Below, one piece after another: positions 1 to 8,517 of a DNA stretch of 37,894 nucleotides. The notes below the pieces were generated by a model, which was given only the letters and a program-made list of their open reading frames with translations, had not been told where the DNA came from and ran no database searches. The stretch's first letter is position 1. Every line of letters starts with the position of its first letter. A program made the position numbers and the translations under genes. The stretch comes from a virus (Duplodnaviria; Caudoviricetes): IMG/VR virus record IMGVR_UViG_3300043783_000092, positions 1 to 37,894 of that record; one strand, given 5' to 3'.

Positions 1-101
1 GGGTTGTCCGGCAGATTGGTTGCCAGCTGCAGCGGCATGGCCAGCGTAAGTGCCTGGAACACCGGTTCAATCTGGTTCGGAACTAAAGGCAGCGTTGCCA
101 T
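1..101 (-). CDS. N-terminal part of a gene running off the window edge (probably a neck/tail-completion protein)
   Basis: ATG at 101, just after the stop of the upstream gene; reads MATLPLVPNQIEPVFQALTLAMPLQLATNLPGQP without a stop. Function inferred from synteny only. Confidence 0.55.
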   Translation of the reverse strand, partial: MATLPLVPNQIEPVFQALTLAMPLQLATNLPDN

Positions 102-102
102 C

Positions 103-660
103 TTATTTACTCACTACGTGAGTAATTGCCTTCCGTAAAGATCCTGTATCAATCAGAGGACGACTCGAGCCTTTGCGACGAATCGTGCTTGGAGCATTCG
201 GTGCCCAGCCATTCTTGGGGTTCGTAAACCAAGCTCGCGAAACGTTTTCTCCCAGCTGTCCCGCCTTGTCCAGCTGTTTTGCCGCTTCCTGCGGCTTACC
301 CTGGAGTGCAAGCTGCGCAACCTTAGATAATTCTTGCGCAATCTTTTTCTTGTTTTCCGTTTCCGAAATCGCGGCCTCAATTACAGGACGAGCCGGAATG
401 TGTTTACGCGGGCTACCATGGGTATGAATATACAAAAGCTCAGCATTGTTGATCCCAGAATCCACAGCCATTTTCTCCAGCCGCACACGGCGCTTTCCGG
501 TGGATGTCACCGCCACGCCCATCACCTGCCGCTTGCGATCCATTGCCGTGGTTGTAGGAATACCAACGTATACATGGCTCTTTTGCAAAGATCGCAATGC
601 CGCACGCAGCACTGCGATGTTCTTTTGCCCACCATGTTTTACTGTAACCGTCGGCTGCAC
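103..660 (-). CDS. Phage neck / virion morphogenesis protein
   Basis: Motifs IPARPVI and WAPNAPSTIRRKGSSRPLIDTGSLRKAIT typical of this family. GTG at 660 directly follows the upstream stop at 662-664. Confidence 0.8.
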   Translation of the reverse strand: MQPTVTVKHGGQKNIAVLRAALRSLQKSHVYVGIPTTTAMDRKRQVMGVAVTSTGKRRVRLEKMAVDSGINNAELLYIHTHGSPRKHIPARPVIEAAISETENKKKIAQELSKVAQLALQGKPQEAAKQLDKAGQLGENVSRAWFTNPKNGWAPNAPSTIRRKGSSRPLIDTGSLRKAITHVVSK

Positions 661-661
661 G

Positions 662-1435
662 TTACTTCCAGGGGCCTCCAGCGTGTACAATCTTCAGGTC
701 GGTATCCGGCGCATCCAGCACCGTTAGGGGCATCCAGAAATAACCACGTAGGCCCCACCCTTCGCCCCAGGAATTCTGAATCAACGCAGCGGGAGGGCAA
801 CCCGTGGGGCGCATCGTGGGAGCGGCTCCCACATCATAGCCAACCATCAGCACTTCATGGCCGCCAACGACTTGCTCATTTGGCTGCGGGTTATAAACTC
901 CCGTGGAAGCCACGTTATCAGATTCGAAGCTCGCTGCCACGTCGAAACCAACAGCTACACACCACGGCACAGGGTCGCCTAGTATGCTCAACGCCGTTTG
1001 GCTACCCACAAGGCCGTGATAAGCGCCCAGCGCGTATTGTCGCGCGTTAGTATCCTGCTCTGCTGTAGTAGCCTGGATTGCCTGACTGGAATCAGGGTAC
1101 AGTGAATCTTCGCAGCATCCATTCGCAATGCTCACATTGGAACCCGTCACCCCGTCAGAACCGGCATCCTGAGGAAAGTTCCCATCCATCACCAGTTCTT
1201 TTGCGTACAGGTAAAGCGGGCTAAGAATGGGGGCCTTGCCGAAATACTTGCGGAAGATCCACTCTATGTTGGACGAAAAAGCATGGCCTGTGCAGCTACC
1301 AAGCGAGCCTTGATCCTTGATTGGCCCACAGGAGCCGCGCAAGTCAACTGTGGCTGGAAGATTCATAGCACGGCGCGACAGCATGCGGTGCACAGGAAGT
1401 GGAGGTGGCTGTTTTCTACCGTAGGTTCTAATCAT
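662..1435 (-). CDS. Papain-like cysteine peptidase (C1 family)
   Basis: LPATVDLR...IKDQGSLGSCTGHA (oxyanion Gln, catalytic Cys), GGHEVLMVGYD (His), IQNSWGEGWGLRGYFWMP (Asn). Confidence 0.93.
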   Translation of the reverse strand: MIRTYGRKQPPPLPVHRMLSRRAMNLPATVDLRGSCGPIKDQGSLGSCTGHAFSSNIEWIFRKYFGKAPILSPLYLYAKELVMDGNFPQDAGSDGVTGSNVSIANGCCEDSLYPDSSQAIQATTAEQDTNARQYALGAYHGLVGSQTALSILGDPVPWCVAVGFDVAASFESDNVASTGVYNPQPNEQVVGGHEVLMVGYDVGAAPTMRPTGCPPAALIQNSWGEGWGLRGYFWMPLTVLDAPDTDLKIVHAGGPWK

Positions 1436-1436
1436 A

Positions 1437-4163
1437 TTAGTTTGCCAATTGCTTCACGTAGTTCACGGTGACGTGGATGGTCTGGGCCGAGCTTTCGTTC
1501 AGAGTCCACGCCGTGGCCGCCGACGTCGCGGGGAGCGGCGGGTTGAACGCGATGTTGACGCACGTGCCTTCCGTGCTGGTAGCCGCGGTTACCCCGGTAT
1601 CGCAATCGTAGATGTAGGAGTTGGTCCCGTCCGAAAGGGTAACCGTGAACTGCACGGCTGTGGAAGCCTGTGGAGTGACCGTGACCACCAGGTTGGCAAT
1701 GTCGGCAAACGTGCTTGCAGCCTGGGCCGTGACGATGGTGGTGGCCCCGGTGGACGAAATCGTTGTAGCCTGCCCCGCATTCTGAGACCGCCGGTAATTG
1801 CGGGTGAATATAGTCCCAGCACCATCGGACTGCGTGCCCACTGACTGGCCAGTGGTTGGAGCTGGCGCGGCATTCAAATACTCCACCAGACCCATGAGGC
1901 CGTTGGTGGGGGCAGTAGCAGCGGTAATGGTGCCGTCCATATTGCCGCCAGTATGGCCGACGACGCCAACTTTTTGTACCCCGGCTTGGGCTGATAGCGT
2001 GGCCACGCCATTGATAAACGTGTTGGAAGCCTGGATGCCGGAAGGGGCCGACAGCGTGGCCCAGTACGGAGTTACCGTAGCGGTACCGGAAATGGCCGTA
2101 GATAAATCCGCCCGGACGTTGGCGTAGCCGTCTAGTATCAGCTCGAACGGCTGGTTCGTGCTGGCCACCAGCGTGTATGGATTCGTCAGTTGCAACAAGG
2201 TGCCCGGCGTGACTACCTGGGCCACGGGAATCGTAACCCAGTTCACGTTGTCGTAGGTACCCTGAAATGTCACCGCGCCGCCGGTGATGGTGGTGGTCTG
2301 ATCCAGCTGTACAATGACGGCAGCGGCCCCAGTGAGCTGGCCAGCCGTCGTAGTTCCAGTGGGATACTGAAAAGTGCCGCCGCTGGTGCCACTCGTCCAG
2401 GCCGCGCCAGTCTTAAACGCGATGCCGGGAAAAGTCAGTAGATTACTCGACTGGTCCGCCTGCAACGATGCCGTTTGCGCGTTCGTGGGCGCTGGAGCGG
2501 CCGTGTTGTACTGGGCAAGCGTGTCGAGACCATTCGTGGGAGCCGATGCCACGCCTACAGTTGCGTCCAAACTGGCTCCGCCGTTGCCAACAATTCGATC
2601 CGTCCAAGTGCCCGACTGTGTTACCGCAGGAACATTCGTAACAAACGAGTTTACGGACTCAACATTCACCGCACCGGGCGAAGTGCCATAAGTGGTAATA
2701 GCCCCCAGCGTGCTTCCGGCAGTCTGCGTCTTGTTCACCGTCCATGGGCCGCCAGATTGAGTTACCGCGCCTATGACATTGCCCCCAGTGGGCAGTGCCA
2801 CATTGATCTTCACCAGCAGATTATCGGCGTTGTCGCAACCCAGGGGAGAAAAATTCCCGTTGGTAATCGTTGTTGGGGATGTACTGAATCCACAGTAGCT
2901 GGTAGTAACGCCGGCGGGGCCAATATTCTGTCCTGCTTCCGCGCTCAGCATACGGTCCCAGTCACTACTTACAGGGTTCCAAAGCATGTTAAATGCTTGT
3001 GTGTTAACCGCAGTAGTGGGATTAGCGACCGAGTCGGATGGAGTGCTAGTACCAGTTACGGTGGGTGTGTTTGTAATGAAGGCATTAACACCAGGTACGA
3101 CTACAGCTCCGGGCGACGTACCATAGTTACTACCAGCTCCCAGCACGGTGCCACCCCAGGTGTACACACCGTCTACCATCTCAGGAACTGTAGAAACCGC
3201 GCTAGCTGTTATGCCAACATTCACTGTACCCGTACCTGAAATCACCGTAGACAAGCGCACACGGAACGCCACGAAGGCCGGTACGTCACAGTCCCACGCC
3301 TGATTGGTACTAGCAACGAAAGTGTAGGTATTGCTAGCCGCAGGAGCGTTTGCCTTAGCACAGGTAATAGGATATGCATTCGTAAAAGCGGCAGTATCAG
3401 AAGCTTCAAATGTGGCCACACCACCGGTGATCGTGGTGGTTTGATTAAAATATACTTCCACCGAATTATATCCCGTGATCGTTTCAGTTAAAGAAGTGTT
3501 AGAACCCGTGGCACTCGTCCATGCGGCGGTAACTTCAGCAAGATTCCCACCCGTCACAGGCCAGCCAGCAGTACTCGCTGCAGCGGCTCCCTGGGCATCG
3601 GTAACAGCTACTGAGGACTGATTGCTGGCAATAACCACCGGCGCAGAATTTGCCATTGTTGCCTGGCCATTGGGATTACCACCCGCGCATCCCGTCTTGC
3701 AGTCAATGTTGACGTAGCCGCTACCATCCAGTGGGCTAGTAATGGCCACACTGCTTCCACTGGAAGAAGGCGCTGTCGCGCCGCTTACCTTTGGGTCAAT
3801 TACAACTGTAGGCGAAGTTCCACCCGACAATGTCGCTGAAACAAGCAAATAATTATAAGGCGCAGTTAAAACCACTTCTTGAAAAACTTCGCTAGTGCTC
3901 GTAATCGTACACTTGGCACTCGTTAAGCAGGTGTTGTTGGCTGTATCCACAGTTCCCGTGGCGTTCATGCCGCCTTGAATTGTCACTGTTAACCCGCTAG
4001 GACTGCCCTTCGGTAGAATATGAATCATACCGCCGAACGTGCCGCCACTGTTGTCAATAAGACACGTTTGTCCGTTGCTCAACGGTGTGCTAGGAGAGCA
4101 TAAATTTTGAGCGTTGACAAAAGGAGCAAGCATTAAAAACCATATCAACCATAATCGTTTCAC
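1437..4163 (-). CDS. Large Ser/Thr/Gly/Ala-rich repeat protein with N-terminal signal peptide (virion appendage or exported protein)
   Basis: 908 aa; MKRLWLIWFLMLAPFVNA|Q resembles a Sec signal with a V-N-A cleavage site; several duplicated beta-rich blocks; overlaps the upstream stop by 4 nt. Confidence 0.75.
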   Translation of the reverse strand: MKRLWLIWFLMLAPFVNAQNLCSPSTPLSNGQTCLIDNSGGTFGGMIHILPKGSPSGLTVTIQGGMNATGTVDTANNTCLTSAKCTITSTSEVFQEVVLTAPYNYLLVSATLSGGTSPTVVIDPKVSGATAPSSSGSSVAITSPLDGSGYVNIDCKTGCAGGNPNGQATMANSAPVVIASNQSSVAVTDAQGAAAASTAGWPVTGGNLAEVTAAWTSATGSNTSLTETITGYNSVEVYFNQTTTITGGVATFEASDTAAFTNAYPITCAKANAPAASNTYTFVASTNQAWDCDVPAFVAFRVRLSTVISGTGTVNVGITASAVSTVPEMVDGVYTWGGTVLGAGSNYGTSPGAVVVPGVNAFITNTPTVTGTSTPSDSVANPTTAVNTQAFNMLWNPVSSDWDRMLSAEAGQNIGPAGVTTSYCGFSTSPTTITNGNFSPLGCDNADNLLVKINVALPTGGNVIGAVTQSGGPWTVNKTQTAGSTLGAITTYGTSPGAVNVESVNSFVTNVPAVTQSGTWTDRIVGNGGASLDATVGVASAPTNGLDTLAQYNTAAPAPTNAQTASLQADQSSNLLTFPGIAFKTGAAWTSGTSGGTFQYPTGTTTAGQLTGAAAVIVQLDQTTTITGGAVTFQGTYDNVNWVTIPVAQVVTPGTLLQLTNPYTLVASTNQPFELILDGYANVRADLSTAISGTATVTPYWATLSAPSGIQASNTFINGVATLSAQAGVQKVGVVGHTGGNMDGTITAATAPTNGLMGLVEYLNAAPAPTTGQSVGTQSDGAGTIFTRNYRRSQNAGQATTISSTGATTIVTAQAASTFADIANLVVTVTPQASTAVQFTVTLSDGTNSYIYDCDTGVTAATSTEGTCVNIAFNPPLPATSAATAWTLNESSAQTIHVTVNYVKQLAN

Positions 4164-4957
4164 GCAGCCACCTCCTTTTGATTTAACTGACGAAACTTAG
4201 AAAGCGTTAACATTTGAATCTGACCACCAATAAATACCTTGTGTGGCCAGAAAACCTCGTCCCATCGTACCAAAGGTGCCGGATAGCAGCGGCAGTTCCA
4301 GATGTTGCCCGCATTGTATGGAGCCGGAGCCTGCCGTTCCCCAATCACTCGCTCTGGGCTAGGTGGGTCATCAAAACGAATCAGAACACCCTGCATTTTA
4401 CGGTGCGAAGGGCGCACACGCTCGTCCTGGCTGGTTGTCCACACGTACCACTCCAACCCCAGGTTTTCGCTTCTTGCTTGTGTTAAGGCTGTGGAGGCCT
4501 TTGATACTTCCGTTCGGGCAATCAAGGACGCGCGCATTCGACTCACGTGACGAATGAGCGGCTCTAGCGACCTTGCGCGGCCACCGGCGTATTCCAACGT
4601 GGCTGCCTGTTTGGCTACCCGTGCAGCAACGTCCGATGGAAGCGAGCTAATCAGCGCGGCGTTTTGCTTTACGAGTTCTCGAGTCCGCTCGCCCACTTTG
4701 CCCTGAAGTTCCTGCTGTAAAGCCCGGAACATCAAGCCGCCTTTTCCAGCTTTGGCGGCAGCTTCCCGCCAGGTGCGCGCACCGTCGAAGCGCAGCGCTG
4801 TAATCATACGGAATGCCGCCTGCTCCGCATAGGCATGCATAAACTCAAACGAGTTTAACAGTGTAGCCTGAATTGGATCAACCGCCTTTTGCAGCAGGGT
4901 GTAAATCTCCCGCGCGTAACGCTGTTCAATAATTCGACGCGGCTGCCAGTTAATCAC
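4160..4957 (-). CDS. Head morphogenesis protein (MuF / SPP1 gp7 family)
   Basis: RASLIARTEVSKA, YVWTTSQDERVRPSHRKMQG, NAGNIWNCRC. Confidence 0.92.
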   Translation of the reverse strand: MINWQPRRIIEQRYAREIYTLLQKAVDPIQATLLNSFEFMHAYAEQAAFRMITALRFDGARTWREAAAKAGKGGLMFRALQQELQGKVGERTRELVKQNAALISSLPSDVAARVAKQAATLEYAGGRARSLEPLIRHVSRMRASLIARTEVSKASTALTQARSENLGLEWYVWTTSQDERVRPSHRKMQGVLIRFDDPPSPERVIGERQAPAPYNAGNIWNCRCYPAPLVRWDEVFWPHKVFIGGQIQMLTLSKFRQLNQKEVAA

Positions 4958-5121
4958 GCTGCGGCTCCAATTGGAATTTCAACATTTTTCACTTCCACGT
5001 TTGCATGATACAAATTCGTTCTCAGCGGGCACTGACTGTTTTCACAGTAATAACCACCTTCATTTTCTGCCATCAACCAGCCGCACTCGCAAATCACAGC
5101 TACAAATATCATAAAAGGCAT
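4954..5121 (-). CDS. Small Cys-rich hypothetical protein (55 aa)
   Basis: ATG at 5121 overlaps the upstream TAA; CECG...CENSQC is zinc-ribbon-like; its stop overlaps the MuF start. Confidence 0.6.
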   Translation of the reverse strand: MPFMIFVAVICECGWLMAENEGGYYCENSQCPLRTNLYHANVEVKNVEIPIGAAA

Positions 5122-5489
5122 TATGCGCCCTTTGTCCTGGTGGCCACCGCGTAATAAAAGCCACCACGATTGGAGTAGTTGCCCACCCGCTGCACCCGGT
5201 ACTTTTGTCCCTGCCACACCAGCACATCGCTAGTGCCGGTGGTGCCGTCCCGCCGATCCTCGCTGGTTACATATATGGGGCACTCCGCAATGAATATCCG
5301 TGCGCCATGAATGCGGTCAGCTTCGGGCACTGCTTCCAAACTGTTATCATCGGCCACCGTAACAATTCCATAAGCCGAAATTTCGGTTTTCGTGTCCTGC
5401 CAGCCGCCCGACGCAAACGATCCGGTGCTGCGAACAATCGTAAATTCTTCAGCCAGGTCGGGATCGTTAACGACGTCCTGAAGTTCCAT
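5121..5489 (-). CDS. Head-closure / head-tail adaptor protein
   Basis: 122 aa, beta-rich, SDVLVWQGQKYRV; position after the DUF4054-like gene. Confidence 0.7.
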   Translation of the reverse strand: MELQDVVNDPDLAEEFTIVRSTGSFASGGWQDTKTEISAYGIVTVADDNSLEAVPEADRIHGARIFIAECPIYVTSEDRRDGTTGTSDVLVWQGQKYRVQRVGNYSNRGGFYYAVATRTKGA

Positions 5490-5492
5490 AAA

Positions 5493-6266
5493 TCACCACA
5501 CCAGCATGGAACCCATGCCAACCGTTTTCGCAAAGTTAGCAAGCTGCGTGCCATACTCGGTAGTTAGCCACTCACCCCACGACTCTAGCCCCTGAGGCAC
5601 CTGAATCGTTTTGGAAACACCCCCGCCGCTGCTGGAAATCATAATGCCGCGCGTCAGCCCGCTGGCAGCCACCCGACCCGCCGTAGTGCCGGGATTGCCT
5701 TCGCTGCGCAAATACAGCGTAGTAAAATGTGCCACGTACAAGTGCATCCCCAGCATCCACGTGGAAAGCCACTTGGCCTGCATCAAACTGGCCGAAGCCA
5801 GATTGATAAACGTTGTCAGCACCACCAGCGGAAGATTCGTTATCAGTGCCGGAGCCACCAGCGCCGTGATGTTAACCAGCGCCCCCGTTCCCGCGCCCGA
5901 TGTGGTGGTAGCTAAACCACTAGCAACGCTGAAGCCCGTTCCGGCATTGGTAATCGTAGCTGTCAAAATATTCCCGTTGTTATCCACGGAGCTTACAGTA
6001 AGCACGGCCCCCGAAGCGTCAGCCTGAACCGGCACAATAGTGTCCCCAACATCATACCCCGCCATTGTGCCGCCCAGTGTAAAAGCCTGAATCGCCTGCG
6101 CGTACGTTCCGAACTTGGGGTAAAAGGCAAGAAAGTCCGAAGCCTGATATGGTGGATTCGTACCGAATACCAGGCCCGAAGCTCCTGCCGGAAAGCAGCC
6201 TTCCACTTCGTCCGTAAAACCCCAGCCGCTCAGTAAGCCGAAATTAATGTTAGGGACGTTACCCAA
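5493..6266 (-). CDS. DUF4054-like head-tail connector with an internal Thr/Gly-rich insertion
   Basis: DFLAFYPKF at the N-terminus; LYVAHFTTL...GGVSKT...WLTTEYGTQL at the C-terminus. TTG at 6266 has AAGGAG upstream. Confidence 0.8.
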   Translation of the reverse strand: MGNVPNINFGLLSGWGFTDEVEGCFPAGASGLVFGTNPPYQASDFLAFYPKFGTYAQAIQAFTLGGTMAGYDVGDTIVPVQADASGAVLTVSSVDNNGNILTATITNAGTGFSVASGLATTTSGAGTGALVNITALVAPALITNLPLVVLTTFINLASASLMQAKWLSTWMLGMHLYVAHFTTLYLRSEGNPGTTAGRVAASGLTRGIMISSSGGGVSKTIQVPQGLESWGEWLTTEYGTQLANFAKTVGMGSMLVW

Positions 6267-6576
6267 CGCTCGCAGTCTCCTTCCTAGAATTCTGCACGCG
6301 CACACGCGGCGCTCGCACCGGCGCTTGTGGGGGTGAAACCAGACCAATGTCAGCCGGTTCGTCCGGAGGTGGCGCTACCGTGGGTGTGGACTTCACTTCC
6401 ACAATACGAATGCTGCCGTCGGCCACGCACTGCTCAAAATACTCGTTTTTCCGAAGCCAGTCCGGCACTGTCAGAAACTCATTCAAGCCAGTGCGCCGGA
6501 CAGAAAACGTTTCCCCACCCACGGTGTGAGTAGGATCTTTGTGAAAAATGCGGCCCATCGTCGATGTTACTTGCAT
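6259..6576 (-). CDS. Hypothetical virion-associated protein
   Basis: 105 aa with AAGGAG RBS; VPDWLRKNEYFEQCVADGSI then a Pro-rich tail; usual position between capsid and connector. Confidence 0.7.
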   Translation of the reverse strand: MQVTSTMGRIFHKDPTHTVGGETFSVRRTGLNEFLTVPDWLRKNEYFEQCVADGSIRIVEVKSTPTVAPPPDEPADIGLVSPPQAPVRAPRVRVQNSRKETASVG

Positions 6577-6809
6577 ATTGGTACTCCTTCTTTAGGGGTT
6601 GTCGCTGGGTCTGGAAAATCTTTTGACCGTGCCCGCCGACGAAGCAGTAAATCCGCGCCCTCGCGAATCAACCCAAACGCCCGTTTCCAGTCGGAATTCG
6701 GCGTCTGCAGCTTTTGTTTGCTTGCCCAGTCGGCGAGCACAGCCAGGTCATGGTCATTAATGCAATCGTGACCGTTGCTGTTCGTGCTTAAAACAATTGT
6801 CTCCGTCAT
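6567..6809 (-). CDS. Hypothetical protein (80 aa)
   Basis: ATG at 6809 preceded by GAAGGA; fills the gap after the capsid gene. Confidence 0.65.
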   Translation of the reverse strand: MTETIVLSTNSNGHDCINDHDLAVLADWASKQKLQTPNSDWKRAFGLIREGADLLLRRRARSKDFPDPATTPKEGVPICK

Positions 6810-6856
6810 CGTATTTCCTTCACCCGGATATCCGTCCGGTCGGATCACCTGCGATT

Positions 6857-7897
6857 TTAAATGCCGTCCATGTAAAGCGCAGTCTGTGGACGCAGCCACA
6901 TCACCTGACCAATGCAGCCCGCGTAAATGCTTTCGTATCCGCCGCCCGAACGCGAGGTGGGAACGGTCATCAGGGGAGTGATTTCCTGCGGAACGTAGCT
7001 CAGGACATCATCCTCCTTGTTGACGTAGGCCAGCGCCCGGCTGGTTCCGGAAGCACCCTGCGTGTAAATCCAGGGATTCGGCAGCGGGAAAATCTTGAAC
7101 TTCTTTCCCAGGGCCGAAGCCAGGCAGTAGCGCTCGATGTATTCCTGAATCGACATGGAAACCGGAACGCTTCCAGACGAAGCCGGAACCACCATGGGCT
7201 GCGCTAGCAGCTGGTGCTGCGTAAACGGAATCAGCAGCGAGTCCGGACAGCCTTCCTCCGTAGAAAACCCGGAGTTGGCCACCGCCGTGTAAAGCATGGT
7301 CTGAATGTCATTGAAGATCTGCAGACCAGTCTTGGAGGCCCAGGTGGTGGAGCCGCCCGTGCCCACGGCGGCTGCCTGAACTGACGACACGTCGGGACTG
7401 TTAATCAGCCCCGGTTGCCCGCGCCAGCCCAGGTACGTGACTTTGTCCATGGCCTTGTTCCAGGTCAGCCGGATGCCTTTGCGCAGCCGATCTTCCAGAG
7501 AAAAAGGTGGGGCCACCTGATTGCGCTTCGCCGTTTGCAGCTTGCGCAGATCCAGCTCGGAAACGAACATCCCAGCCTGCCAGATCCAGGCGATCCAGTT
7601 GCCCTGTTGGAGGTCAAACTGAATCAGCGGAATGTCAGAGTTGGTAGTTCCCGACAGTCCGTATTCGTTACCACCGGAAGTGGTAAAGTTTTCCGCCCAG
7701 GCCGAAAGGTACTCCGGAAAGCCGCCCCCGAACTTAATAACAATGTCGCGAGCGTGGGTGTGGGCCTCCAGAGGCTCCACCAGCTTGGTGTGTGGTATGG
7801 AAAGCTCGGCATTGAGAAATGCCAGGCCCCCGCCTGAAATCGAGTCAAACGCGGCTGCGTCGAAAGAGCGACCGCGCATACGGGAATCTCGGTACAT
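6857..7897 (-). CDS. Major capsid protein (DUF2184 family, HK97 fold)
   Basis: 346 aa; GLAFLNAELS, DKVTYLG...GLINSP, PDSLLIP, RPQTALYMDGI; AAGGAG RBS; synteny. Confidence 0.9.
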   Translation of the reverse strand: MYRDSRMRGRSFDAAAFDSISGGGLAFLNAELSIPHTKLVEPLEAHTHARDIVIKFGGGFPEYLSAWAENFTTSGGNEYGLSGTTNSDIPLIQFDLQQGNWIAWIWQAGMFVSELDLRKLQTAKRNQVAPPFSLEDRLRKGIRLTWNKAMDKVTYLGWRGQPGLINSPDVSSVQAAAVGTGGSTTWASKTGLQIFNDIQTMLYTAVANSGFSTEEGCPDSLLIPFTQHQLLAQPMVVPASSGSVPVSMSIQEYIERYCLASALGKKFKIFPLPNPWIYTQGASGTSRALAYVNKEDDVLSYVPQEITPLMTVPTSRSGGGYESIYAGCIGQVMWLRPQTALYMDGI

Positions 7898-7915
7898 TAA
7901 GGTCTCCTTTCGTAC

Positions 7916-8515
7916 TTAAGCAGCCTGCCGCTCAAGCATTGTGATCTCAGTTACGTTGTTGGCGTCCATGTTGCCGTTCTTGAACACTACGTTCACCAGG
8001 GCAACACAGTTGGTGGAAGTGTCGGAAAGACCTCCCGCCTCGAAACCGCCCACTACCCCGTTGGGAAACGCGGGGTTGTAGGTCTTACGAATGTACACGA
8101 CACCCTGTGATGCAGGTGTGCCGTTTTGAATGTAGACGGACACTGTTCCGCGCACAGCAAAGTCGCACTGTGAGTTGGGAGCATAGCCGCCACCGACAGA
8201 TACGTCCGGGTTCTGTGGGAACACAAGATTGGTTTTCACCTCGCGCCGTGCCACCCCACCGAATTTAGCCGCCGTAAAAGTGCCACCCTGGCCACCCTGA
8301 GCAGTAGCCAGAATGTAGTCGAAAATGCTAACCACGGTGTCGCCACCCCCACTTGCGTTGGGAATGACAACCACGCCCTGACCAAATTGAATGTTGTCCG
8401 GCGTTACGCCAAGTACCGGCTTGGAAACGACGAGAGGATCGCCGAGTTCCGAAACCGTGCCGGGAAAGCCATAGTTCAGCCCTGTTACCGGAATCACCTG
8501 TCCAAAAGGACTCAT
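7916..8515 (-). CDS. Capsid decoration/cement protein
   Basis: YGFPGTVS, IQFGQGVV, GGVARREVKT, VRGTVSV; lies between the protease/scaffold and capsid genes; GAGGT RBS. Confidence 0.75.
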   Translation of the reverse strand: MSPFGQVIPVTGLNYGFPGTVSELGDPLVVSKPVLGVTPDNIQFGQGVVVIPNASGGGDTVVSIFDYILATAQGGQGGTFTAAKFGGVARREVKTNLVFPQNPDVSVGGGYAPNSQCDFAVRGTVSVYIQNGTPASQGVVYIRKTYNPAFPNGVVGGFEAGGLSDTSTNCVALVNVVFKNGNMDANNVTEITMLERQAA

Positions 8516-8517
8516 GA

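Noticed and set aside
334-3239. Long plus-strand ORFs 334-1050 and 2475-3239
   Set aside because: Antisense shadows of well-supported minus-strand genes, with no recognisable motifs.
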